This document shows positions 9,790 through 17,534 of a stretch of DNA of 64,000 nt, one piece after another (the stretch's first letter is position 1; every line of letters starts with the position of its first letter). Where the stretch lies: positions 522,853-586,852 of the forward strand of contig CAWINB010000004.1 of NCBI GenBank assembly GCA_963837465.1. The letters run 5' to 3'. This stretch comes from Candidatus Doudnabacteria bacterium (GTDB taxonomy: Bacteria > Patescibacteriota > Doudnabacteria > UBA920). The notes under the pieces were generated by a model that was not told the DNA's origin, made no database searches, and was given only the letters and a program-made list of their open reading frames with translations. The position numbers were made by a program, and so were the translations under genes.

Positions 9790-10344
9790 ATGAAAATCAT
9801 CAACCTTCTTCCCAAACCCAGGCAAAAAGAACTTTATTATTATTTTACGCTGCGTACCCTGTGGCTGGTTGCCAGTTGGTCTTTGGCCAGTTTTGCCGCG
9901 GTGTTTTTGGCGCAATTGGGGGTCAAGTTTTACCTGCAAATTAAGTCCCGCCAGTTAAACAACGAAGTCGCCGCGCTCCAGCAGCAAATTGGCCAGCAGC
10001 AGAACACGGATGTCAAGCAGCAGGTTAAAACCGAGAATAACCTGATTGCCGATTATACTAATCTGACGGCTTCGTCTCCCAAGTGGTCGCAAGTCATAAA
10101 AGCTTTCGCCCCGTTGCCGCCCGCGGGACTTAAAATCAGCTCGTTTGTCGTAAATCCCGCCGATGACTCCGTAACCATTGCCGGCTTAAGCCCCACCCGG
10201 GACCTGGTCATACAGCTTTACAATAATATTTTGCGGGACCAGAGGGATTTTTACGGCATTGATTATCCTCTGGAAAATATTGCCCAGCCCACGGAAGTTA
10301 ATTTCCATTTTACTTTTTACATCCAGAGCAAGCTGCTGCATTAA
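9790..10344 (+). CDS. pilN: PilN-like pilus assembly protein
   Basis: 184 aa. One TM helix after a short N-terminus, Gln-rich coiled coil. Sits directly after pilM. Confidence 0.5.
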   Translation: MKIINLLPKPRQKELYYYFTLRTLWLVASWSLASFAAVFLAQLGVKFYLQIKSRQLNNEVAALQQQIGQQQNTDVKQQVKTENNLIADYTNLTASSPKWSQVIKAFAPLPPAGLKISSFVVNPADDSVTIAGLSPTRDLVIQLYNNILRDQRDFYGIDYPLENIAQPTEVNFHFTFYIQSKLLH

Positions 10345-10371
10345 TTATCAGACATATCCATAAAATCCAAA

Positions 10372-10926
10372 ATGCCCAAAAGTCTTTCCGCGAAAAATAA
10401 AATCATGATACTCTGCCTGGGGTGGTTAATCCTGAGCGGTTTGATGCTGGGCTATTTTTTTAAAATTTTGGACATCCAAAACACTAAAACTTTGGACGGC
10501 ATGGCTCAAAGCCGCCAGACTTTGGCTACTTTACGGACGGAGGATCAGAGTTTTAAAGAGGCGCAGACGGATTTGCAAAAGCTGGCCAGTCAAGCTTATC
10601 AGCCCGATAGTTTTTTTAGTCGCGATATAACTTTGGTGGACGAAATACAAACGCTGGAAGCCTTAAGCCAGAAATTTAACCTGCAAATGGAAATTTCCGG
10701 CGTCAACGGCACGGTAAATTCCGAAACTCCGGCTCCCACCCAGAGCCCTATTGTACTGGTGTCTTACGGATTAAACCTGACCGGCAGTCTGGCCGATGTC
10801 ACCGACTTTGTCCAGACTCTTGAAAACTTAAGTTTTGTTACTACTGTTAACGGCCTGTCGCTGAGCTCGGGGGATAAGGGGCAGATTAACGCCAATTTAT
10901 CAGGGGATTTTTATTTGTTAAAATAA
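10372..10926 (+). CDS. pilO: PilO-like pilus assembly protein
   Basis: 184 aa. N-terminal TM helix then coiled coil. Gene order pilMNO. Confidence 0.45.
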   Translation: MPKSLSAKNKIMILCLGWLILSGLMLGYFFKILDIQNTKTLDGMAQSRQTLATLRTEDQSFKEAQTDLQKLASQAYQPDSFFSRDITLVDEIQTLEALSQKFNLQMEISGVNGTVNSETPAPTQSPIVLVSYGLNLTGSLADVTDFVQTLENLSFVTTVNGLSLSSGDKGQINANLSGDFYLLK

Positions 10927-10931
10927 ATTCA

Positions 10932-11261
10932 ATGGCCGCGCAGAAAAAATCAATTACCCAGTTAAATGTTTCCGCTGTTTTTGGCAAAGGCTTTAATTTA
11001 AGCTGGTTGTTTTTTGTGATTTTTTTAATCCTTATTTGTTTGGAAATTTTGGAAATAAAAAATTCCGTCAGCCTTATTTTGACGGTTAATAAACCCGCTC
11101 CGCTTCCGGTTGTTTCCAGCGATCCGTCCAGCCGCGTTGATTTTTCCTCTTATGACCAAATTATCGGGCGCATCCAGGCGGCGCAAAATTTCCAGCCGAC
11201 AAACGCGCCGACGTCCAACCCTTTCGCGGACCCGACTTCCACCCCGTTATCCGGACAATAG
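10932..11261 (+). CDS. Hypothetical small membrane protein
   Basis: 109 aa with one hydrophobic helix (WLFFVIFLILICLEIL). Last gene of the pilus operon. Confidence 0.3.
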   Translation: MAAQKKSITQLNVSAVFGKGFNLSWLFFVIFLILICLEILEIKNSVSLILTVNKPAPLPVVSSDPSSRVDFSSYDQIIGRIQAAQNFQPTNAPTSNPFADPTSTPLSGQ

Positions 11262-11348
11262 GCTAAGTTTTAAAAGATTTCCGCGTTCCGCCGGAAGCTT
11301 TTAAACTGTCAATTTTGCCCAAACTTGTCTATAATATAATAGTTATTT

Positions 11349-11425
11349 GCACCCGTAGCTCATTTGGATAGAGCGCCTGGCTTCGAACCAGGAGGCAGTA
11401 GGTTCAAATCCTACCGGGTGCACCA
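11349..11425 (+). tRNA. tRNA-Arg (anticodon TCG)
   Basis: Manual cloverleaf. Acceptor GCACCCG/CGGGTGC, D-stem GCTC/GAGC with A in the D-loop, anticodon stem CCTGG/CCAGG with loop CTTCGAA, T-stem GTAGG/CCTAC with loop TTCAAAT, 3' CCA encoded. Possible TGTCAA-16-TATAAT promoter at 11308-11335. Confidence 0.75.
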
Positions 11426-11519
11426 TTCATCAATATTCATCTTTTTTGGAGCTTCTGCCATTAACCGAGCCGACCTGACCATAAAAGGCGACGCTTTATT
11501 AAAATTATAACGACAAAAT

Positions 11520-12311
11520 ATGAGTTTAATTGAAACTTTAACTAAGCTGGAACCAATATTTGTAGAAGCGGGTGATATGGCTGCCAAAATGCAAAGCACG
11601 GCCAGACATCATAATAAAACTAATACTGGTTGGAGCGTCACGGATATTGTGACGGAAGCCGATTTGGCAGTCCAGGAATTTTTACTAGGCGAAATGATAA
11701 AGACAGATTTGGTTAATTGCCGACTACTTGGAGAGGAAGATACATCTTTGGTTTCAAAATTTACAGGGACAAACGGCTATTACTTAGGAATAGATCCCAT
11801 TGACGGAACTGCTATTTACGCAAGAGGAGGAAAATGTTTCAGTGTTATTATTTCCGTTCACGATGGGCAAAATTTGATTTATACTTTTAAATATTTTCCG
11901 GTATTAGGTTGGACACAAAAAATCGTGGAAAAAACCTATTCAACTGCGGGTATTCAGCCAAAGTTTGAGTCTGAATTGTCAAACAAGAATACAATTTTTT
12001 ATTACAAGGGTAATCCCGAAAAAACTATACCCGATATTTATAAAAGCCTTACGGACAAAGGATTAAAGTTTGTAAGTTGCGCAGATAGTTTGGAAGATGT
12101 TGACGAACAGGCCATGTTTATTTGCAACAAAACCGCTGGTTTTTATGCTGAAAATCCAAACCCCTATGATGGCTTAGTATCACTTCACGCGGCTTTGGCC
12201 ACAAACCGGAAAATTTATTCCGGTGGTCCAAAAGGTATACTTGATTTTACCAACATTCAAAAACGTGAGAACGGTTTATATTACCCTGGTTATTACTTAG
12301 CATTAAATTGA
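11520..12311 (+). CDS. Inositol monophosphatase family protein (IMPase/CysQ/SuhB-like)
   Basis: 263 aa. WSVTDIVTEADLAVQE and GIDPIDGT match the DPIDGT metal-binding signature. Confidence 0.7.
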   Translation: MSLIETLTKLEPIFVEAGDMAAKMQSTARHHNKTNTGWSVTDIVTEADLAVQEFLLGEMIKTDLVNCRLLGEEDTSLVSKFTGTNGYYLGIDPIDGTAIYARGGKCFSVIISVHDGQNLIYTFKYFPVLGWTQKIVEKTYSTAGIQPKFESELSNKNTIFYYKGNPEKTIPDIYKSLTDKGLKFVSCADSLEDVDEQAMFICNKTAGFYAENPNPYDGLVSLHAALATNRKIYSGGPKGILDFTNIQKRENGLYYPGYYLALN

Positions 12312-12391
12312 TACTCCAAGAACAATAGAATTCTTGGATTATTTGCTTACAAATCTTAATATTGAAAATATTGCTTAAATCATATAGACTA

Positions 12392-14014
12392 TCATAGTTC
12401 CCATACGGGTCGGTAGCTCAGTTGGTAGTAGCACCTGCCTCTTAAGCAGGTTGTCGTGGGTTCGATCCCCACCCGACCCACCAAGATATTACACAAAGGA
12501 ATTTTTCCAACTTTCCCAAGGGCTGCGCTTAGCGCAGCCCATTGTGTTTGTGGGGTGGAAACAATTTTTTGATTTTTTAAAAATAGGTGCGAGCCAAAGA
12601 TTTTTTGTGCAGCAGATTTTTTGGGGTGCAGTTCGGGCGAAAGCGTTATTTCGCCCAATTTTTGTGCGTCTTTTAAGAAGTTTTTGAGAGGTGCGAGCCA
12701 AATGTTTTGCTTTTGTTCCAGGCGGACAATTTGCTCGCTGTGCGTCTTTTTTTCTGATGTTAGTTTGTTCTTCTCCTGCCGGTATTTATCCGGTTCAATA
12801 TCTTGTTCTAGGTAACCTTGGAAAAGGCGCTCCTGCTTGCGGTCAATATCTTGTATCTTTAACCGCAAGTCCTGGACAAAAGCCGCGGTGGTTTGCGAAC
12901 CTTGCTCTGCGTCTTTGTCCGCCATGGCTTCCAGTTTCGTACCCCATTCCTTAGGCATAATAAACCCTTTTAGGACATTGGACAATTGCTTGTCTAGTTC
13001 CTCGGCTCTGATATGCAGTTGGGAGCAGGTAGTGTTTTTCTTTGTACAACGGTAATAAAGGTAATGGTGGATATTACCGTTTTTTTGATGTTTGGTCTTG
13101 GTTTCAGCGGTAATGCTTCTGCCGCATTCTCCGCATCTAAACAAGCCACATAAGGGCTTGGGGTTACTGACTTGACGGCTGGTTTTGCCTCGCTGTTTTA
13201 AGACTTCCTGAACCTTGTCAAACAGTTGCTTGGTAACGATAGGATGATGATTACCCTGGTGCAGTTCTCCTCCGTATCTGAACAGACCGCAATAAAATGG
13301 GTTGGACAGAATATATGCTGCTTGGTCGCGCTTCATGGCGTTACCTCCTGAACTCTGCCAACGCATAGTAGCTTTGGTTTCAATCCCATTGGCAAAAAAG
13401 AAAGTGGCTATATCTTCCAAGCTATATCGGCTCTCGGCATAGCGTTCAAAAGCTTGTTTGACTATGGGGGCAGTATTTTTATCTTGGACTATGGTCTTAC
13501 TCCGTAAATCGTTAAAATATCCTAATGGGGCAAGTCCCGGATATTCCCCACGCTTAGCTTTTTGGTAAAGTCCGCGCTTAGTGTTGGTGCTTAGGTCACG
13601 GACATATTGATTGGCTATCCCAAATTCTACATTCATGAGCATAACGTTATCAGCGGGATAATAACTGCGCTCCGGGGTTTGGATGTGTTTTATCGTTCCT
13701 TCCTGCAGCAGCCATTCTATCTGAGCGGCATCTACGGGGTTACGGGCAAGTCTATCCAGCTTCCAGCAGACAATGCCTTGAGCCTCACCCTTTTGTATGC
13801 GGGCAAGCATAATGGCAAAGGCAGCGCGACCCGGCCGTTTGGCTGATTGCTTTTCAATGAACTCGTCGGCAATAGTTAACCCCTGTTCCTTGGCCAGCAA
13901 CCTTAAAACCGCAAGCTGGTCTTCAATAGACCGGACTTGCTTGTCTTCAACATCGGTGGATTTGCGTGCGTAGAGGAAATAGTTGTTTACGGAAGAGATA
14001 TTTTTTGGTATCAT
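12392..14014 (-). CDS. Large serine recombinase (SR1); 3' end abuts and reads through tRNA-Lys
   Basis: Resolvase catalytic N-terminus YFLYARKSTDVEDKQVRSIEDQ...CWKLDRLARN (Ser nucleophile), recombinase domain, Cys-rich zinc ribbon, coiled coil. The last 30 aa (GRVGIEPTT...) are an antisense translation of the tRNA, so the true stop is uncertain. Confidence 0.85.
   Translation of the reverse strand: MIPKNISSVNNYFLYARKSTDVEDKQVRSIEDQLAVLRLLAKEQGLTIADEFIEKQSAKRPGRAAFAIMLARIQKGEAQGIVCWKLDRLARNPVDAAQIEWLLQEGTIKHIQTPERSYYPADNVMLMNVEFGIANQYVRDLSTNTKRGLYQKAKRGEYPGLAPLGYFNDLRSKTIVQDKNTAPIVKQAFERYAESRYSLEDIATFFFANGIETKATMRWQSSGGNAMKRDQAAYILSNPFYCGLFRYGGELHQGNHHPIVTKQLFDKVQEVLKQRGKTSRQVSNPKPLCGLFRCGECGRSITAETKTKHQKNGNIHHYLYYRCTKKNTTCSQLHIRAEELDKQLSNVLKGFIMPKEWGTKLEAMADKDAEQGSQTTAAFVQDLRLKIQDIDRKQERLFQGYLEQDIEPDKYRQEKNKLTSEKKTHSEQIVRLEQKQNIWLAPLKNFLKDAQKLGEITLSPELHPKKSAAQKIFGSHLFLKNQKIVSTPQTQWAALSAALGKVGKIPLCNILVGRVGIEPTTTCLRGRCYYQLSYRPVWEL
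12407..12483 (+). tRNA. tRNA-Lys (anticodon CTT)
   Basis: Manual cloverleaf. Acceptor GGGTCGG/CCGACCC, anticodon stem CCTGC/GCAGG with loop CTCTTAA, T-arm GTGGG-TTCGATC-CCCAC, 3' CCA. Its 3' end is the junction with the serine-recombinase island. Confidence 0.8.
12484..12629 (-). repeat. Serine-recombinase 3'-end module, copy a (authentic 3' end of SR1)
   Basis: About 146 bp including the hairpin GGGCTGCGC-TTA-GCGCAGCCC. Near-identical reverse-complement copies at 15292-15429 and 43316-43457. Boundary at ...CACCA|AGATATT. Confidence 0.65.
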
Positions 14015-14069
14015 AGTAATGTATTATAAAAGTCTTTGACTATTATTTTAATAATAGTATTATATTACT

Positions 14070-14282
14070 ATGCGGTCAAGCAATAAATCTAAAATTTCTG
14101 GGAACATAAAAAAATACCGAAATAAACTCGGTATTTCACAAGACCGTCTATCCAAGTTAGCCGATGTGACTTACAACACAATGATTAAAATAGAATCCGG
14201 CGCTAACCAAAATCCTACAATAGAAACCTTGGCAAAAATTGCCAAAGCTTTAAATGTCGGAGTAGATGATCTTATTAAATAA
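14070..14282 (+). CDS. XRE-family (Cro/C1) helix-turn-helix regulator
   Basis: 70 aa. IKKYRNKLGISQDRLSKLADVTYNTMIKIESGANQNPTIETLAKIAKAL is a canonical HTH_3. Confidence 0.8.
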   Translation: MRSSNKSKISGNIKKYRNKLGISQDRLSKLADVTYNTMIKIESGANQNPTIETLAKIAKALNVGVDDLIK

Positions 14283-14303
14283 TAATATAGCGATATATTT
14301 TAT

Positions 14304-15275
14304 ATGCCAGCAGAAACCGGCGGTGGCAATTATCCGCCACCAACACACGATAATTTAGAGGGAGAAGTTCGCCGTTCTTGGGATGTTTGGGAAAACAGAG
14401 GCCTGAAAGAACAGGTAGATGAATGCTTTCCTGGCTCAAACAATAGAGATTTGAGCATTGCTAATCATTTCGCTGCGGGCATTGTAAAGAACCACCAATA
14501 TTTTTTAGTTAACATAGGGAAAAATAATAATGTATACCGTCCTCAATATGAATGGAATTCTCAAATAGACTCTCCAGGGCTTGAGACCCCCGAGCAAAGA
14601 AAGTCTTACGTTGATGGAGTCGTAAAAGGTCTTAGTTGGCTAGAGGATGTTCCTAAAGAAGTTAGAAATTTAACCTTAAACGATTTTGGGTCAGATTTTG
14701 TTAGAAGTAACGGCTCGGTGTTGCGAGTAATACCCTTATGGGAAGATAAAACCAAGCCAATAAACAGACAGTGTAGAGTCTTAATAAATTTTACTGGTTT
14801 TACTTTCAGATCCTCTGACCCACGAGGGACACTAAACAGATACTCAATGATTTATACCATACAAAACCCCGAAAAAAGTAATTTAAACGAGATTGACGAG
14901 TATCATTTGAGACTTATGCGCGTATTACCATTTAGCTTACGAAGTGCCGCATATGTCTTAAATCCGGAAAAGGGAAAGCATTTTTTTGATTCTCAAAATT
15001 GTAACGCCGACGGACAACCCACACATTATATAAATTTCATACATAAATTTGCAGGCTCTATCCCTCCTTTACCAAATGCGATACATGCAGAAGCAAGTGA
15101 CCAAGGAGATTGGAATTTTACCGGAAAAAACTTTTCAAAATCTTCTGATAGTGAGCCAAAACAAATGGCTGACTTTGCTGCCTATACTACAAAAGAAATT
15201 GCAAGACCTGACCCGACACGTGGCGGAACTTTTGATCAGAAGGTTAAACAGCTTATTCCTGATATGTGGAGGTGA
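14304..15275 (+). CDS. Hypothetical protein (cargo of SR1 element)
   Basis: 323-aa ORF 22 bp after the XRE gene. No recognisable motifs. Confidence 0.4.
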   Translation: MPAETGGGNYPPPTHDNLEGEVRRSWDVWENRGLKEQVDECFPGSNNRDLSIANHFAAGIVKNHQYFLVNIGKNNNVYRPQYEWNSQIDSPGLETPEQRKSYVDGVVKGLSWLEDVPKEVRNLTLNDFGSDFVRSNGSVLRVIPLWEDKTKPINRQCRVLINFTGFTFRSSDPRGTLNRYSMIYTIQNPEKSNLNEIDEYHLRLMRVLPFSLRSAAYVLNPEKGKHFFDSQNCNADGQPTHYINFIHKFAGSIPPLPNAIHAEASDQGDWNFTGKNFSKSSDSEPKQMADFAAYTTKEIARPDPTRGGTFDQKVKQLIPDMWR

Positions 15276-15291
15276 ATAAGTTAATTGCGTT

Positions 15292-15429
15292 CTGCGTCCC
15301 CCAAAAAATCTTCCCTGTTCCCGAACCTGTTTTTAAAAAATCAAAAAATTGTTTCCACCCCACAAACACAATGGGCTGCGCTAAGCGCAGCCCTTGGGAA
15401 AGTTGGAAAAATTCCTTTGTGTAATATCT
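15292..15429 (+). repeat. Serine-recombinase 3'-end module, copy b (remnant in the opposite orientation to SR1)
   Basis: CTGCGTCCCCCAAAAAATCT...GGGCTGCGCTAAGCGCAGCCC...GTGTAATATCT. Encodes a ...LFLKNQKIVSTPQTQWAALSAALGKVGKIPLCNIL remnant (ORF 15285-15479). Confidence 0.6.
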
Positions 15430-15884
15430 TGGTGAATTTTCTTAGTGAAGCTCACACCTATTATATCCAAAACAGCTAACTTTGCCTACCCCATTACCCC
15501 CTGCAATACACCCTTGCCGAGGCCAAAACTTTAGCCTAAAATGGAAGCAACTGGTACTTTCCAGCTGTATGAACAGCTGTATGAACATCATTCATACAGT
15601 TTGGCTGTTAAACCCCTTAATTCCATTACCTCTCACTACTCCAAATACCCCTGACTACTATATATCACCAGATAATCTAACTGAACGACAAAATAGATAA
15701 TAATACTAAAAATAATAATAACTAAAATACTATACTTAAAATACTAAAATACTTAATACTAACTAAATACAAATATACTAAACTAACTTAAAACAAACCA
15801 AAAAAACAAGGGAAACAGAGAGGGGAAAAGTGGGGGGGTAGTTTCTCCCGCCGCCGGAGGCGGCGGTTTAGAGGGGGTGGACTG
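15430..15884 (+). repeat. 0.5-kb repeat family, copy 1
   Basis: Starts TGGTGAATTTTCTTAGTGAAGCTCACACC. 270-bp conserved core with a 72-codon ORF (MPTPLPPAIHPCRGQNF...) and hairpin CTGTATGAA-CATCA-TTCATACAG. AT-rich low-complexity spacer. G-run box GTGGGGGGGTAG...CCGCCGCC-GGA-GGCGGCGG...AGAGGGGGTGGA. Confidence 0.7.
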
Positions 15885-15908
15885 ATTTAAAAAATTAAAT
15901 TTGATTTT

Positions 15909-17534
15909 ATGGCAACTTCCAAATACGTTGTCGCCCATCCGGTCTCCCGTACCCCTTTGCCACCGTATTATCTTTTGCACCAAGGCGGCGCAGCAGGACA
16001 GGCCGTCTTGTCCCACCAGTTCAACCAAATGCCTGCGTGGCTTCAGACAGGTTCTCACATCGCCTCTTCCTTATTTTCTCTACTGGTTGTATATTTCATA
16101 CTAAGCTGGCTAGGATTTTTCCCCAAACACGCTTTTGAGAAGATAAAACTTAGAAAAAAGGACTTGGAAGCAGAATTTAAAGATAGTCTGTATTTTGAAA
16201 TCACCATCCCTAAAAATTCCCAAACCACGGCGTTCCAAGTCCAGCAAAAAATCCTCAAAGCCTTCCATTCAATTTACCAAGACCCGGTGGAAGGTGCTCA
16301 TAATTTTTCCACTACCTTTAGCCTAATTTATTTCTTCCAAAAGCTCTGGCGGCATTGGAAAGTCAAACGCAGTAAACAAGTATTTTTCAGTATGCAGATT
16401 TGGGCCCAGCACCCGTATATCTCCTTTAGGCTACAGGTGCCGGGGGCTGACTTTGGGCGCATTGAAAAGGCCATTTTCAATGCCTATCCCAATGCGGAGA
16501 TTACTATGCTAGAAAAATCCAAAGCCCTTGAGGAAATCAAGCAATTTCCACAAGGCTTTTTAAGTTACGGCGAAACTACTATTGAGGGACAATTTTACCA
16601 TAGAGTTAAAACCTTAAAAGACGTATCATCAGACCCTGTAGACTCTATTATCTCGGTTATGGAAGGTCTAAAGCCAGGGCAGTTTATGGCCTACAATATT
16701 TTAATCTCCCCTTCTTCCCATTACTTCAATCAAATCATCCACTACCTTATTGAAGAGCAGGAACAAAAAGGGGTGGTAGACCAAAACCAAAGAAGATTGG
16801 CCATTCAGAAATTTGGCAGCGGTTCGGAACTGGCCAATGCCCTAAACTCCGCCATGATTGAAAAGATGAAAGCCCCTCTTTTCCAGACCATTATTTCCTA
16901 CTGGGCTATTGCCGATACCAAACACAGTGCGGAAGATAAACTCAAAAGTATCCAAGGGGTGTTAACGGAAATCAATCAAAAGAACATGAATACCCTTAAG
17001 CACCAACACCTGTTTACCAAACAGGTGGGTGCTCTTGAGCGGAAAGGCAAGCTGACAGAGATTATCGCCCAAAAGCCGGTGTTCCGCCTAAAGCGTTTTC
17101 CCTTATGGCCATTTGCCAAGTTCAAAAACTACGGGCAGGTCATCTCTGACAGCGAGCTATACTCTTTCTGGCACTTGCCGAATACCACGGGAGGTACGGT
17201 ATCTTCCATTAGGCTGACTAAATTTAAAAAACTCCCGGCCAGCCAAGCGCTTCGGGAATATTCAGACAATTTTTTCATCTCCCTGGGTCATGCCAATTTC
17301 CGTATGCAGGAAGAAACACCAATCGGCATTGCCAGCTGGGAAGACATGAAAAAGCACGTTTACATCCTTGGCGGTACCGGCTCCGGCAAGTCCGAGACTT
17401 TAAAAACCATTCTCCATAGCCTACTGGAAAAAGACAACGACATATCCGCTTACCCTATTGAGCTTCGCCAGGGTTATGGCTGGCAAAAAGAATGCCCTAG
17501 CAGCATTACCCAAAACTGCCCTACTGATAATTGA
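15909..17534 (+). CDS. HerA/FtsK/VirB4-VirD4 superfamily ATPase, N-terminal part (gene interrupted by a frameshift)
   Basis: 541 aa. N-terminal TM segment LFSLLVVYFILSWLGFF. Walker A ILGGTGSGKSETL near its C-terminus. The frame changes between 17404 and 17476. Confidence 0.55.
   Translation: MATSKYVVAHPVSRTPLPPYYLLHQGGAAGQAVLSHQFNQMPAWLQTGSHIASSLFSLLVVYFILSWLGFFPKHAFEKIKLRKKDLEAEFKDSLYFEITIPKNSQTTAFQVQQKILKAFHSIYQDPVEGAHNFSTTFSLIYFFQKLWRHWKVKRSKQVFFSMQIWAQHPYISFRLQVPGADFGRIEKAIFNAYPNAEITMLEKSKALEEIKQFPQGFLSYGETTIEGQFYHRVKTLKDVSSDPVDSIISVMEGLKPGQFMAYNILISPSSHYFNQIIHYLIEEQEQKGVVDQNQRRLAIQKFGSGSELANALNSAMIEKMKAPLFQTIISYWAIADTKHSAEDKLKSIQGVLTEINQKNMNTLKHQHLFTKQVGALERKGKLTEIIAQKPVFRLKRFPLWPFAKFKNYGQVISDSELYSFWHLPNTTGGTVSSIRLTKFKKLPASQALREYSDNFFISLGHANFRMQEETPIGIASWEDMKKHVYILGGTGSGKSETLKTILHSLLEKDNDISAYPIELRQGYGWQKECPSSITQNCPTDN

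Noticed and set aside
12392-12483. C-terminal 30 aa of the SR1 ORF (…GRVGIEPTTTCLRGRCYYQLSYRPVWEL)
   Set aside because: This is the well-known antisense translation of a tRNA gene. The ORF simply lacks a stop before the tRNA; it is not a real protein domain.
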